Source: Octopus bimaculoides (Eukaryota). Taken from it: a DNA stretch of 32,644 nucleotides. Shown here in pieces: positions 1 to 12,065 of this stretch. Numbering within the stretch: the first letter of the stretch is position 1; each line of letters begins with the position of its first letter. The notes under the pieces were generated by a model, which searched no databases, had not been told where the DNA came from, and was given only the letters and a program-made list of their open reading frames with translations. The position numbers and the translations under genes are program-made. The stretch is taken from assembly GCF_001194135.2 (NCBI RefSeq), contig NC_068982.1, forward strand, positions 6,967,499 through 7,000,142. Reading direction: 5' to 3'.

Positions 1-99
1 TATACTCATTTATTGTGCTTTTAATTGTTAATTTTTCTATATGTGAAAGTGGATTTTTATCGATGAGTTCTTGAAACTTGGTTATTTTCCCTAAAACTA

Positions 100-131
<32 letters not shown>

Positions 132-132
<1 letters not shown>

Positions 133-286
133 CGACAGGCTTCTTTCAGTTTCTGTCTACCAAATCCACTCACAAGGCTTTGGTCAGCCCGAGGCTATAG
201 TAGAAGACACTTGCCCAAGGTGCTACGCTGTGTGACTGAACCCGAATCCATGTGGTTGGTTAGCAAGCTACTTACCACACAGCCAC
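132..286 (-). mobile_element. tRNA-derived SINE, family 1 (short form ending in (TA)n)
   Basis: The reverse complement reads GTGGCTGTGTGGTAAG (A-box-like), GGGTTCAGTC (B-box-like), CACCTTGGGCAAGTGTC (CORE-like), then GGATTTGGTAGACAGAAACTGAAAGAAGCCTGTCGTA followed by (TA)n at 107-132. It is colinear with the plus-strand copy at 31339-31492. Confidence 0.9.
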
Positions 287-448
287 TCAAAGTCAGACTA
301 TGGGTGTTATTTGAAACTAAAAGAAAAATTGTTCGTAAAATGCGATCAGTAATACGAATAATTTTAATTCTGTTTAGAATTTCTAAGGTAAAACATGACA
401 GAGTTATGTTATTTTGTATAGGGGCTTCGAAACAACTGGGTGACGTAC

Positions 449-550
449 AGAAAGGTGAACCTCTTGAAATAATAATGAAACTTCACTTAAATCATATTCT
501 TTTGTCTTCAGAATATCGAAAATTACTTTGGAGAATATAGCATTAAATGC
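449..550 (-). CDS. Candidate internal coding exon (AFNAIFSKVIFDILKTKEYDLSEVSLLFQEVHLS), unknown gene
   Basis: Strong polypyrimidine acceptor ttctgttttcattttcttctaccag, 102 nt open in phase 0, donor GTACGT. No homologue recognised. Confidence 0.3.
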
Positions 551-1676
551 CTGGTAGAAGAAAATGAAAACAGAATTTTGAAATTATTTCTGTTATATCT
601 GCTTAATCAGGAATGAACTGTGACAACTCGGAATTGTTCATTCCGTTTGACGATGAATTTAGTACTTTGTAAATACGACGCATGACGACATTCTTAATGT
701 GTTCAGAATGATTTATATATATAAATGTAAATGATTGACAAACTATATTTTATCTATTTCAGCAGACAATGTTAGTCTTGCTGGCAGCATATTAATAACT
801 GGTGTATTTCACTCTTAGCATCTATGGTAATTCTTCGAGGAAATAAATTATTAGCATTTGTTATTCCTTGCTATTTCTCATCTTCAAAATATATGTGCTG
901 GCGTTGCTGATCGCTCTCATCTTTAGAGTTCTTCATTATGAAGATAAATTTCCATCATTTCTGTATCTATGTTCCTATTACCAGGTACAAACCACCAGGA
1001 AGATTAGCAGCTTGATTCAGTTTGAATGTTCGTGCTTCTGGAAAGAATTGAAATAGAAAAATAATGATTCCAAAATGTGGAAAGTTCTGCTTGTTTTAAA
1101 ACCGAAACCTACTTTTAAAACCGGAAACATTTCTTAGATACTCTCCAACTCTGAACACCATTTATGTAAAGCTAAAAGAATTCCTATTTCTATATTATGT
1201 TACAAATCAAACTGAATGACAGGCAGCATTGTCACTTCACTTTATGAATACTGCATCAATATCAATGTTATCTTCTTCGCTGTCATTGTTGCTGTCGTGT
1301 ACGATAGTGTCATCAGCCATATTATTTGTGGTAAATACAATACTGTGACGAAAGTAACGAGAATTTAAATAAGGTACATCACATAGATATTACATAATCA
1401 TCGACATTATCATATTTTTTTTTTTTTTTTGGTTTCCTTTTTCAAAGAACAGGTAATATAGTTGGTCATGTCTCTTACATTTTTCACTGTGTAAACTACT
1501 GTTGTATTTTTTTAATAAATAGTGAACTTTTGCAGTTCTACTTGTTTTAAAGTTGGCTTTGATCGTCTGCATGACAAGTACATACAAGTATGTTTTATAT
1601 GACCACCGTGAGTAATACTTTTATCAAAACTGGTTCCACTTCGTAGAATAGATTAAAATGTGCATATCTACAACTA

Positions 1677-2070
<394 letters not shown>

Positions 2071-2084
2071 TCATCGGTACTTAC

Positions 2085-2136
2085 CAAACCAATTGGCAAA
2101 CATCTACGCAGTGATTCAAGCGCGAGAAACCGCTTT
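2085..2136 (-). CDS. Candidate small exon (KRFLALESLRRCLPIGL), unknown gene
   Basis: Acceptor atatttcag, 52 nt, perfect donor GTAAGT. A competing plus-strand exon model overlaps it. Confidence 0.25.
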
Positions 2137-3562
2137 CTGAAATATTACCATGATTTTTCGAAAGAGGGGTAAGTTATATTCGGAAATTTAGTCTATGATA
2201 TACAAAAATGGTGTGTTGGCAATCAGAATGCTTTTGTTCAATTGCGGTCGACCTGGAACCTAAAAACACCTCCACTGCTACTTAATTTATCAGATAGAAT
2301 AACAAATAATATAATTGCATTTAATCTGTGTTTAATATGTATTTGAAAGACCTTCAATGGGTTGGATATAACGAGCACATACTGTGTGAATGAATACAAG
2401 TTATTCATGTAAAATATCTTAATAATTAAAATGGTTTATCGACCAATGATACACATTTCATGCCTTCTGGTTGGAAACAAACTATTTTCATGTTTATAAA
2501 ATCGCATCGAAATGGTTGTATGGGTAATGAATAGCTGCCAGAAGAAAAGATAATGTAGGCATAAAATACATACTAAGAGGAAACCGTATTCAGTATATTC
2601 AAATTAAATGTTTTGGGTTCAGGTGCTTCAATTCAGACGAACGCCAAGATTGTGCAATATGGATGCGTTAATTTAAAAAAGGATGTAATTTTTTATCACA
2701 AATGTTACATACCATAACACCCTAATATATATGCGAATGTAATCTTTAATCCTGAGAAAGCTGGGAAAATTAGGGGATAGAAACTATTATAATTTGAAGA
2801 AGTAGACCAAATAAGTGATGTACAACCGAAAGAAATTATATTTTAAAAATAAAATGACGCATCTCAACAAGTGTAAATAAGTTTGAAAGTTTTAGTTGAA
2901 TAAAATGTAATTCTATACGGTTAACCGCTAGTTTTATCTTTCTTCCAACATTACTTTCATTTCTTGTTTCCCCTCTACCGTCACTGTCCCCTTCTTTCTC
3001 ATCTTTCTCATTCATATATATATATATANNNNNNNNNNNNNNNNNNNNNNNNNNNNNNNNNNNNNNNNNNNNNNNNNNNNNNNNNNNNNNNNNNNNNNNN
3101 NNNNNNNNNNNNNNNNNNNNNNNNNNNNNNNNNNNNNNNNNNNNNNNNNNNNNNNNNNNNNNNNNNNNNNNNNNNNNNNNNNNNNNNNNNNNNNNNNNNN
3201 NNNNNNNNNNNNNNNNNNNNNNNNNNNNNNNNNNNNNNNNNNNNNNNNNNNNNNNNNNNNNNNNNNNNNNNNNNNNNNNNNNNNNNNNNNNNNNNNNNNN
3301 NNNNNNNNNNNNNNNNNNNNNNNNNNNNNNNNNNNNNNNNNNNNNNNNNNNNNNNNNNNNNNNNNNNNNNNNNNNNNNNNNNNNNNNNNNNNNNNNNNNN
3401 NNNNNNNNNNNNNNNNNNNNNNNNNNNNNNNNNNNNNNNNNNNNNNNTCTTTTCTCTAAATTATATATTTATATATTATATCCTGTGAAACTTAATTTAA
3501 TTTTAATTTTTGATAAATTGAATTTAATCGAGTTTTTACCTGTAAATTTGGATTGTTATCCC

Positions 3563-3634
<72 letters not shown>

Positions 3635-3638
3635 TATA
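3563..3638. repeat. (ATT)n followed by (TA)n
   Basis: Read directly; it produces the poly-Ile ORF in the track. Confidence 0.95.
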
Positions 3639-6600
3639 CTGCCTTGTGAGACTATAAATCTACACATGAAAGTTCCACTCCTATATGCACTCCTGATCAA
3701 GTTTATTCTCAGGAAGGATATCAGTTGTCCATGCATGACAGCGTATGTTGTCTAAGAGAATGGAATGTTTTGTAGGCCATATTTTGTAGCAACATTAGTA
3801 TTGCAGTTAATCCCGTCAGAACGAAAGGAGCCGCAATATATATCAAACAGCATTGCATGCGACGCTCTAATAATTTTGTCAGTTACCCCGTCATTAAGTA
3901 CTACTCCATTTGTAGATACAAAAAGACTGAAATGTAACATTAGTGCTATATGGACCACGGGCACAGAGAGTCAGAACAAATATCGCAAGGTTTTCTTTCT
4001 AACACTGAGACAATTTGCCCTTTCACACCATACACGCAAACATACATACAAGCATACAACATACATTAACACACATTCACACATGTACAGATATGTATGA
4101 ATATAAATATTTGTATATATATGTGGGTGTATATATATATATATATAATCATAAATATACAGGGATTAGCATTGAGTTGCTTCTCCAACATACTGAAAAT
4201 TTAGAAATAGCAGTCAAAGAACTACTGATTCTAAACTACACATTTTTCTCTAAACGGATGGCGATATTTATGGCACACATAGAACAAAAAACCGGAGGGA
4301 AAGGCATAAACAAAACAAGTCTTTAGTTAATCGGATACGATCGTTTCATGGTTAAGAGAATGAAAATTTCTCTATTCCAAATCTTCAGTCCGATATTCTG
4401 ATAACTTTGAAAGTGTCTCTAAAAAAATTCACGGTAATTTTTGTCCATGCGACACCAAAAATCAACGATAAGAAAGGCACTTACGAATTCATCGGCTAGT
4501 GAGTTCAGGCNNNNNNNNNNNNNNNNNNNNNNNNNNNNNNNNNNNNNNNNNNNNNNNNNNNNNNNNNNNNNNNNNNNNNNNNNNNNNNNNNNNNNNNNNN
4601 NNNNNNNNNNNNNNNNNNNNNNNNNNNNNNNNNNNNNNNNNNNNNNNNNNNNNNNNNNNNNNNNNNNNNNNNNNNNNNNNNNNNNNNNNNNNNNNNNNNN
4701 NNNNNNNNNNNNNNNNNNNNNNNNNNNNNNNNNNNNNNNNNNNNNNNNNNNNNNNNNNNNNNNNNNNNNNNNNNNNNNNNNNNNNNNNNNNNNNNNNNNN
4801 NNNNNNNNNNNNNNNNNNNNNNNNNNNNNNNNNNNNNNNNNNNNNNNNNNNNNNNNNNNNNNNNNNNNNNNNNNNNNNNNNNNNNNNNNNNNNNNNNNNN
4901 NNNNNNNNNNNNNNNNNNNNNNNNNNNNNNNNNNNNNNNNNNNNNNNNNNNNNNNNNNNNNNNNNNNNNNNNNNNNNNNNNNNNNNNNNNNNNNNNNNNN
5001 NNNNNNNNNNNNNNNNNNNNNNNNNNNNNNNNNNNNNNNNNNNNNNNNNNNNNNNNNNNNNNNNNNNNNNNNNNNNNTATATATATATATTTATATATAT
5101 ATATATATATACATATATACATATATATATATGCATGTATACATGTATGTAAGTATATATATACAGATATATATGTGTGTGTCTGTGTGAGTGTGTATGT
5201 GTGTGTATATGTGTATATAATGTATGTATGCATGCATGTATGCGTAAGTCTGTTATGTGTGGAAAACAAAGTAAGAAAAAGTGATGGTGAAAACAAAAAT
5301 ATCCAAGCAGTTTAGGAAGGCCTTAAATGTTGAAAAAAATTATAATCCGGAGATTAATCCGGACCCTTCATGACAACTTTGACATTAACAACAAAGGAAC
5401 ACGGCAGACGATCGATTTCTCCTTGCTTTCATCTCTTCATGTGAGAAGTATACTTATGTCTATGCAGGAAAACATGCATCAATAAAAATGTAAAATCTTT
5501 CCTTGAATTATTTCTTTATAGCCAAATATAGTTGCATTTTCCTTTAGAATTCTTACATTTTTATTGTTGTGGTTGTTATGAATTCGTAGTTTTTATCGTT
5601 CTATCTGATATAACCTCCTTAATGTCCGAGATAAAATGATGTGATAAAAACGTTTCATTGAACAGATTTTGTCTGAGTAGAAAATATTCCAATAAATACT
5701 TCTCTTGAGATTCTTTTCACTTACCAAATATTATATACTTTATCTTAAATGAAAACTGAAATCAGCCTTGCAAAATATCTTTATATTTAAATTGGCAATA
5801 ATTCGATTAACAAGTTTTTACCTTTTTTCAAATCTATGCTCTCTCAAGTTCGGATAACGAAAAGAATACCATACATAGAGTTATCACCAAACTACTACAA
5901 AGAAAACGGAGACTCCTCAATATCTTCTAGCTTCCATATTAATTCTAGTGAATTTAGATTGCGTGTTAGTCTTCCATGTACTTTCTGGATCAGAATTATA
6001 TATTGTGATGTTGATTTTTATCTCATTAATAAGGGTGACATTTTGATTAATTAAAATTTCGTGGTTCATTGCATTAAGTCCGGTAACGACCCTGTTGCTA
6101 TTTGTTTTTCATTGCTGCAGGGATCCATGATGTTTTCTCCCTCAATTTTATGCTTGTACTGCTAATTCTGTTCATGAATATATTACCGTATTGTAATTAT
6201 AAACCGCTTCACGAAGATACATTTATGCGACAAACACACCTGCTTGAGTATAAATGTTTCTTAAAGGGCTGTGAGATCAAACGTGATGCAATAATACAAA
6301 GAAATTTAAATAGCAGGAAGTTTATTATGATATTAATCTTTCAAATGATTAAATTTATTGGTTACGATAAAATTTTTCAATCATCATTTGATCTCATGAT
6401 ACTAAATAAATATTTAACAGGGCTGAATTTAATTAAAATATTTTCCCTTTTTCACGTGTTAACTTTGTGAGTCTCATTGTTCAAATTAACCGAATCTTTA
6501 ATCTGAAATTTCCAGGTAATAAAAGAAAAATTGCTGCATTAAAATGCCTAATGTTTACGAGGTGCGTGTAGATTGGGATAAATAAAAATAAACCATCGAT

Positions 6601-6994
6601 GTAATGCAAACCAACACCACAAATAAACAAGAGAAAAATGTATCCAACCTAATGGTTCTTCTAGTGAAGAAAAACCTGTCATAGACATGTGGTTCGGATT
6701 CCACTCACCGGCACATTCGGTTGATGTCTCCTACTACGGTTTGAAGCCGAAAGCTTTCTGGGGAATAGAAAATGGTGGACGAAAATTGACACACACTTGT
6801 CGATGCAAACATACATGTATGTATATACTTATGTATGTATGTGTGTCTGTGTGTATTTCTGTATGTGTGTGTCTGTGTGCGTGTGTATTTGTGTATGTAT
6901 ATAAGTATGAATTTATGTATACATATCTCTTCTGTATATAATCGTTGACATTCTTCCTTTCAATTAGGAGCTGGTTTCTAACAGAAATACAAAA

Positions 6995-7590
6995 CATTTA
7001 AATCTGAGAAAAGTCTTGCTCCATTTACAGATTGTATTTGTAATGTGCGAATCGGCTGGTTGATTTCTTTTACCGAGGATCTAAGCTTATCCAGACTGAC
7101 AGTTAGGAATTTACTTACAAAACCAAGTGCTCCAATTCTTACTGGTACAAATTTAAATTTGTAAACCGGATATAGAAGCTGGAGATTCCGTAACAGTTAT
7201 CCATAGTTGCCTTCTTTCTCTTTAGTTTTCAAAGAGATATTCACAGCGGCAGGATGGTTGGCCTCTATAACGGTACATACTTTCTCTTGTCTATTTCAAA
7301 TAACAATATCCGGCCTGTTATGCTTACACTTGACAGATGTTTTGATGGGAATGTTCTACCAGTATTCCTTATGCTGCTATTTGTGAACGTGTTTGATAAC
7401 AGAAGAATTCTCAACATCTATTCCAGAACAGTCTTTTTTTTTTCCGGATGGCATTGTATATTGTTTTTCCCACAACTTCGTGTCTCATAGGGAGGAAGTA
7501 TCTTGATGACACTTTAAGACAGCTGCTAATCACACGTGTAATGGCTTCCACAGAAATACGACGTAATCTATATTCGGTCTCCTCATGGAA
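6995..7590 (-). mobile_element. 3' end of a non-LTR retrotransposon with restriction-like endonuclease (R4/Dong-like), pseudogenised
   Basis: Minus-strand translation: degenerate CCHC knuckle YRLRRISVEAITRVISSC, then RHEVVGKTIY, a +1 frameshift in an A10 run (about 7434-7443), EYW*NIPIKTSVKCKHNRPDIVI*NRQEKVCTVIE (PD at 7308-7313), KTKEKEGNYG*LLRNLQLLYP and FVPVRIGALG. This is the PD-(D/E)xK RLE signature. The element runs into the gap at 7591. Confidence 0.88.
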
Positions 7591-7887
7591 NNNNNNNNNN
7601 NNNNNNNNNNNNNNNNNNNNNNNNNNNNNNNNNNNNNNNNNNNNNNNNNNNNNNNNNNNNNNNNNNNNNNNNNNNNNNNNNNNNNNNNNNNNNNNNNNNN
7701 NNNNNNNNNNNNNNNNNNNNNNNNNNNNNNNNNNNNNNNNNNNNNNNNNNNNNNNNNNNNNNNNNNNNNNNNNNNNNNNNNNNNNNNNNNNNNNNNNNNN
7801 NNNNNNNNNNNNNNNNNNNNNNNNNNNNNNNNNNNNNNNNNNNNNNNNNNNNNNNNNNNNNNNNNNNNNNNNNNNNNNNNNNNNNNN

Positions 7888-7954
<67 letters not shown>

Positions 7955-7960
7955 GAAAGA
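7888..7960. repeat. (TA)n-(GA)n-(CAGA)n compound microsatellite
   Basis: Read directly at the gap edge. Confidence 0.9.
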
Positions 7961-7997
7961 GAGAAATAGGTAGATAGATGGAGGGATGGATAGTTAC

Positions 7998-8140
7998 GTA
8001 AAATTGGGGTAAAATCTTTGAAGTATGCTTTTCAAACCACATCTACGGTTATTGGTATCTGATGTCATCATAGTGTAAAGATACACTTGCTGCAGGACAT
8101 ACATAAAGAATTCCATAGCATCTGTAGAATTTGTAATCAC
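7998..8140 (-). CDS. Candidate internal exon (VITNSTDAMEFFMYVLQQVYLYTMMTSDTNNRRCGLKSILQRFYPNF), unknown gene
   Basis: Acceptor tttgcttcttcag, 143 nt open (phase 0 to 2), donor GTAACT. Lies within track ORF 7994..8191. Confidence 0.3.
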
Positions 8141-8311
8141 CTGAAGAAGCAAACCTTGCACCTTATTTGGAGGATAATGATTACACAACATATTAATTAT
8201 ATCATCTCGTCAGTGTACTATGAGTGTAAAATGTGTTGAAACAATTGTAATGGTATGAAATAAAGAACGTCATTCAATCCATTTTCTTTAAAATACATAC
8301 GTATTGATGCT

Positions 8312-8540
8312 ATTTCCATTCAGAACAGGTTTGAACATTTTAATAAATCGTTTTCCTTTTATCTTTCTTCCAGCCTCACTTGCGTCATGAAATTGGTAGA
8401 AAGGAAAAATTATAAATATTTTCTGGCAACATGTCTCTATATGTTTGCTCAATGGAATTTGGCGAACATTGGTGTTCCGGATTTATTGTCTGTGGACTCG
8501 TGAGCGTTCCGATAATGCATTCCCTGTCTCGCCTATATAA
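8312..8540 (-). mobile_element. Inverted copy of the 3' (GIY-YIG) end of the adjacent Penelope-like element
   Basis: It is the reverse complement of about 9371-9601; 8312-8354 matches 9559-9601 perfectly over 43 bp. Confidence 0.9.
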
Positions 8541-9615
8541 AAAATATTGAAGAGAACTACGCCATTAACTTTAAAAGACATAAAGAACACATGGAAAAGA
8601 TACCTCGATGATTGTTTCCTAATTTGGACCAAATCCCTAGAAAATCCTTAATAATCTACGCTCTAGTCTTAAATTCACAAGCAAAATGAGTAAGACACAG
8701 TTACCATCTCTTGACATAGTGGTGATTAAAATCAACACCACAATCACAACTGATATTTATCACAAAAGCACAGATACATACCATTACCTTAATTTCAAAT
8801 CATAGCACACAACACACACTCAACGCAACATCCCGTACTGTGTAGCCAGGAAAATTTGTACTATAGTCGATGATCCAAATACCAGAAACACACGACTTAT
8901 AGAAATCAAAGGATTTCAGCTCAAGCAAAATTACCCTCTCCTACTTATAGAAAATAGCATACAACGAGCAAGAGATAACTATAGAACAATTTAAAGAACA
9001 CGGAAAGACAAACCCATCAAAGGAACACAATACCATTTCTAGTAACACACAATCCGAATCACCAAAACATTTTAATATCAAAACAGATTTGCCAATCATG
9101 AAATAAAATGAAACATTTAAAAAAAAAACATAACTAATCAAACACTTATCCTAAGCAAAAGGCAGCCACATAACCTAAAGAAACTATTAACAAAGAGGAT
9201 AACACATTCACAGTATCCAAGTGTAATGATAACAGCTGTGGAACGTGTCAATACATTCATGCGGGTACGTCCATTAGAACAAAAAAATAAGATAAACTTT
9301 CGCAAATGCAGATATGAACTGCAAAAGCAGAAATTGGATCTACTGCATTAAATGCCCGAATTGCGAGGAATTATATATAGACCAGACAGGGAATGCATTA
9401 AGGCAACGCTCACATGTCCACAGACAACAAATCCAGTACACCAATATTCGCCAAATTCCATTGAGTGAACATATAGAGACCGGTGGTTAGAAAATGTTTG
9501 TAATCTTTCCTTTCCACAAACTACATGACACAAGTGAGGCTGGAAGAAAAATAAAAGAAAAACGATTTATTAAAATGTTCAAACCTGTTCTGAATGGAAA
9601 TTACAGCAATAATAT
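8533..9615 (+). mobile_element. 5'-truncated Penelope-like retroelement (RT C-terminus plus GIY-YIG endonuclease), pseudogenised
   Basis: WKRYLDDCFLIW (YLDD at 8601-8612), TDIYHKSTDTYHYLNF, NIPYCVARKICTIV, CNDNSCGTCQYI, then NCKSRNWIYCIKCPNCEELYIDQTG (about 9316-9390), LRQR and KEKRFIKMFKPVLN. Multiple stops and frameshifts. Confidence 0.92.
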
Positions 9616-10691
9616 AACAACCAGTTAATGATGTGGATTAATAATGTAAACAAGTTACGGAATATCGGAACGCTTGGAAAATCGTGATGCTTAACAGCAT
9701 CCTGATTGATCAAAAGGGTATTCTAAAATTTCAGCTGGTTGGGGCGTTCTAAGAGGTATTAAATTTGTCAAGAACTCAACTGTCAGTTAAACGCATTTGA
9801 AATTTGATGACTACGTTATGTATGAAAGCGCTAATTTTGTTAAAATACCATAATAAAAAACCGTTAAAACTAGATTGTTTTAACTTTATTCAACTGATAC
9901 ACACACACANNNNNNNNNNNNNNNNNNNNNNNNNNNNNNNNNNNNNNNNNNNNNNNNNNNNNNNNNNNNNNNNNNNNNNNNNNNNNNNNNNNNNNNNNNN
10001 NNNNNNNNNNNNNNNNNNNNNNNNNNNNNNNNNNNNNNNNNNNNNNNNNNNNNNNNNNNNNNNNNNNNNNNNNNNNNNNNNNNNNNNNNNNNNNNNNNNN
10101 NNNNNNNNNNNNNNNNNNNNNNNNNNNNNNNNNNNNNNNNNNNNNNNNNNNNNNNNNNNNNNNNNNNNNNNNNNNNNNNNNNNNNNNNNNNNNNNNNNNN
10201 NNNNNNNNNNNNNNNNNNNNNNNNNNNNNNNNNNNNNNNNNNNNNNNNNNNNNNNNNNNNNNNNNNNNNNNNNNNNNNNNNNNNNNNNNNNNNNNNNNNN
10301 NNNNNNNNNNNNNNNNNNNNNNNNNNNNNNNNNNNNNNNNNNNNNNNNNNNNNNNNNNNNNNNNNNNNNNNNNNNNNNNNNNNNNNNNNNNNNNNNNNNN
10401 NNNNNNNNNNNNNNNNNNNNNNNNNNNNNNNNNNNNNNNNNNNNNNNNNNNNNNNNNNNNNNNNNNNNNNNNNNNNNNNNNNNNNNNNNNNNNNNNNNNN
10501 NNNNNNNNNNNNNNNNNNNNNNNNNNNNNNNNNNNNNNNNNNNNNNNNNNNNNNNNNNNNNNNNNNNNNNNNNNNNNNNNNNNNNNNNNNNNNNNNNNNN
10601 NNNNNNNNNNNNNNNNNNNNNNNNNNNNNNNNNNNNNNNNNNNNNNNNNNNNNGGTATGTTTGTATGTCTTTTTGCATGTATAATATATAT

Positions 10692-10692
<1 letters not shown>

Positions 10693-10730
<38 letters not shown>

Positions 10731-10860
10731 TATTATATATATATATGTATGTGTGTGTGTGCGTGTGTGTGTATATATATGCAAATATATGTGTGTATGT
10801 GTGTGTGTGTATGTGTGTGTGCGTATGTATATGTATATGTTTGTATGTCTATCTATCTCT
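10693..10860. repeat. (GATA)n followed by mixed (TA)/(TG)n
   Basis: Read directly. Confidence 0.9.
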
Positions 10861-11159
10861 CTCTCTCTCACTCATCGCACATAAACAATGGTACACGCAC
10901 ACACACACACATATGTGTGTATATAGGTACATATTTTTCTTATACTTAGTGCTATTTAGATTGCTCCATAAATAACGATAGCATTAAACACAAATGCCTA
11001 CATCTCTCAGAGTGAGGTAAATCAAATTTAAGACGCCTGTTTAAACAAATATACGCACAAATCCACTCCTACTGTGCAAGACTTTACAAATGTGAAATTT
11101 ACTTTCCGTCGCTGTTAGAATTACATTACAGAAGGGGAACGCTAGGCAGTGATAAGTAA

Positions 11160-11664
11160 AATTGTAACATTATTATCAGTCCGAAGAGCCTTGAAGCATG
11201 TTCGAACCGGCTAATATGCACCTCACTCCGTTTTGTCACGGAAAATATATCCCGTTTGTTGACAACTGGTGTGTACACACCTAGATCAGCTCGCACCACC
11301 ATCTTCTCAGACTGTCAGATGCAAGTATTTTGGAGTAGTTATCTCCTCTTTGGTCACGGACACCAGGCAGGTGGCGCTACGAGTGATTGAAGAGACCGAT
11401 TCTCTTATGCTTTACCAGTTGCCATACGGCGAAAATAAGCGCTGTGCGGCAGCTCACCGTAAGTAAATTACAGAGCGGGAGCGCTACTAAACCGAAATAC
11501 TTGCATCTCACGGACTAGGTAGGTGGCGCTGTGAACTAACTAGGTGTATACACTCCATTTGTCAACAAACTGGATATATTTTCCGTGACAAAACGTAGTG
11601 AGTAGCTTATTCACCGGTTCGAACGTGCTTCAAGCATATTCTGACAGATAATAAAATTACAATT
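11160..11664. mobile_element. Fold-back / MITE-like element with long terminal inverted repeats
   Basis: 11161-11284 versus the reverse complement of 11540-11663 gives 106/124 identical, ungapped. An inner pair AGATGCAAGTATTT / AAATACTTGCATCT extends the arms. Flanked by TAA at 11157-11159 and 11665-11667 (possible TSD). No ORF homology. Confidence 0.85.
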
Positions 11665-11730
11665 TAATATTAGTTAGCTAAAACATATTTACACATACCT
11701 ATTTATTATACTGTAGAGTACTGTTATAAA

Positions 11731-12065
11731 GGTACATGGCTCAGTGGTTAGAGCGACAGACTCACAATGATGAGTTAGATAGTTCGATTCCTTGATTGCG
11801 CTGTGTAATGTTTTCTCGAATAAGACACTTTATTTCACATTGCTCCAGTTCGTTGAGTTGTAGAAATGAGTTGTGACGTCACTGGTGTATCGGTCTTTGC
11901 CCTTCTCTTGGATGAATTTGGTGACGTGGAGTGAGGAGGCTGGCATGCATGGGCGACCACTGGTCTTCCATAAATAATCTTGCCAGGACTTGAGCCTAGG
12001 CAGGGAACTTTCTACAGGCAGTCCAATTGACCGAAGGGTTTCTTTGACCGAAGAGGGTTTTACCC
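11731..12065 (+). mobile_element. tRNA-derived SINE, family 3 (CORE-like centre)
   Basis: A-box TGGCTCAGTGG at 11737-11747, B-box AGTTCGATTCC at 11781-11791, CORE-like AATAAGACACTTTATTTCACATTGCTCCAGTT...TGTAGAAATGAG, and a GC-richer tail ending in a duplicated TTGACCGAAG motif. Confidence 0.85.

Noticed and set aside
982-1346. Acidic peptide (DSEEDNIDIDAVFIK) and ANLPGGL resembling a piggyBac/PGBD N-terminus
   Set aside because: The similarity is short and low-complexity, the spacing is too long, and no DDD domain or TIR is nearby.
3752-4100. Overlapping ORFs on both strands in a slightly GC-richer island
   Set aside because: Three frames are partly open, there is no recognisable motif, and no strand or frame can be preferred.
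9701-9734. Possible hammerhead remnant 3' of the Penelope ORF
   Set aside because: It needs several substitutions in the core (TTGATCA, TAAAA). The position is suggestive but the fold is unsupported.
11731-11800. tRNA-like sequence with A and B boxes
   Set aside because: The acceptor and anticodon stems do not pair, and the sequence runs into a SINE body. It is a SINE head, not a tRNA gene.
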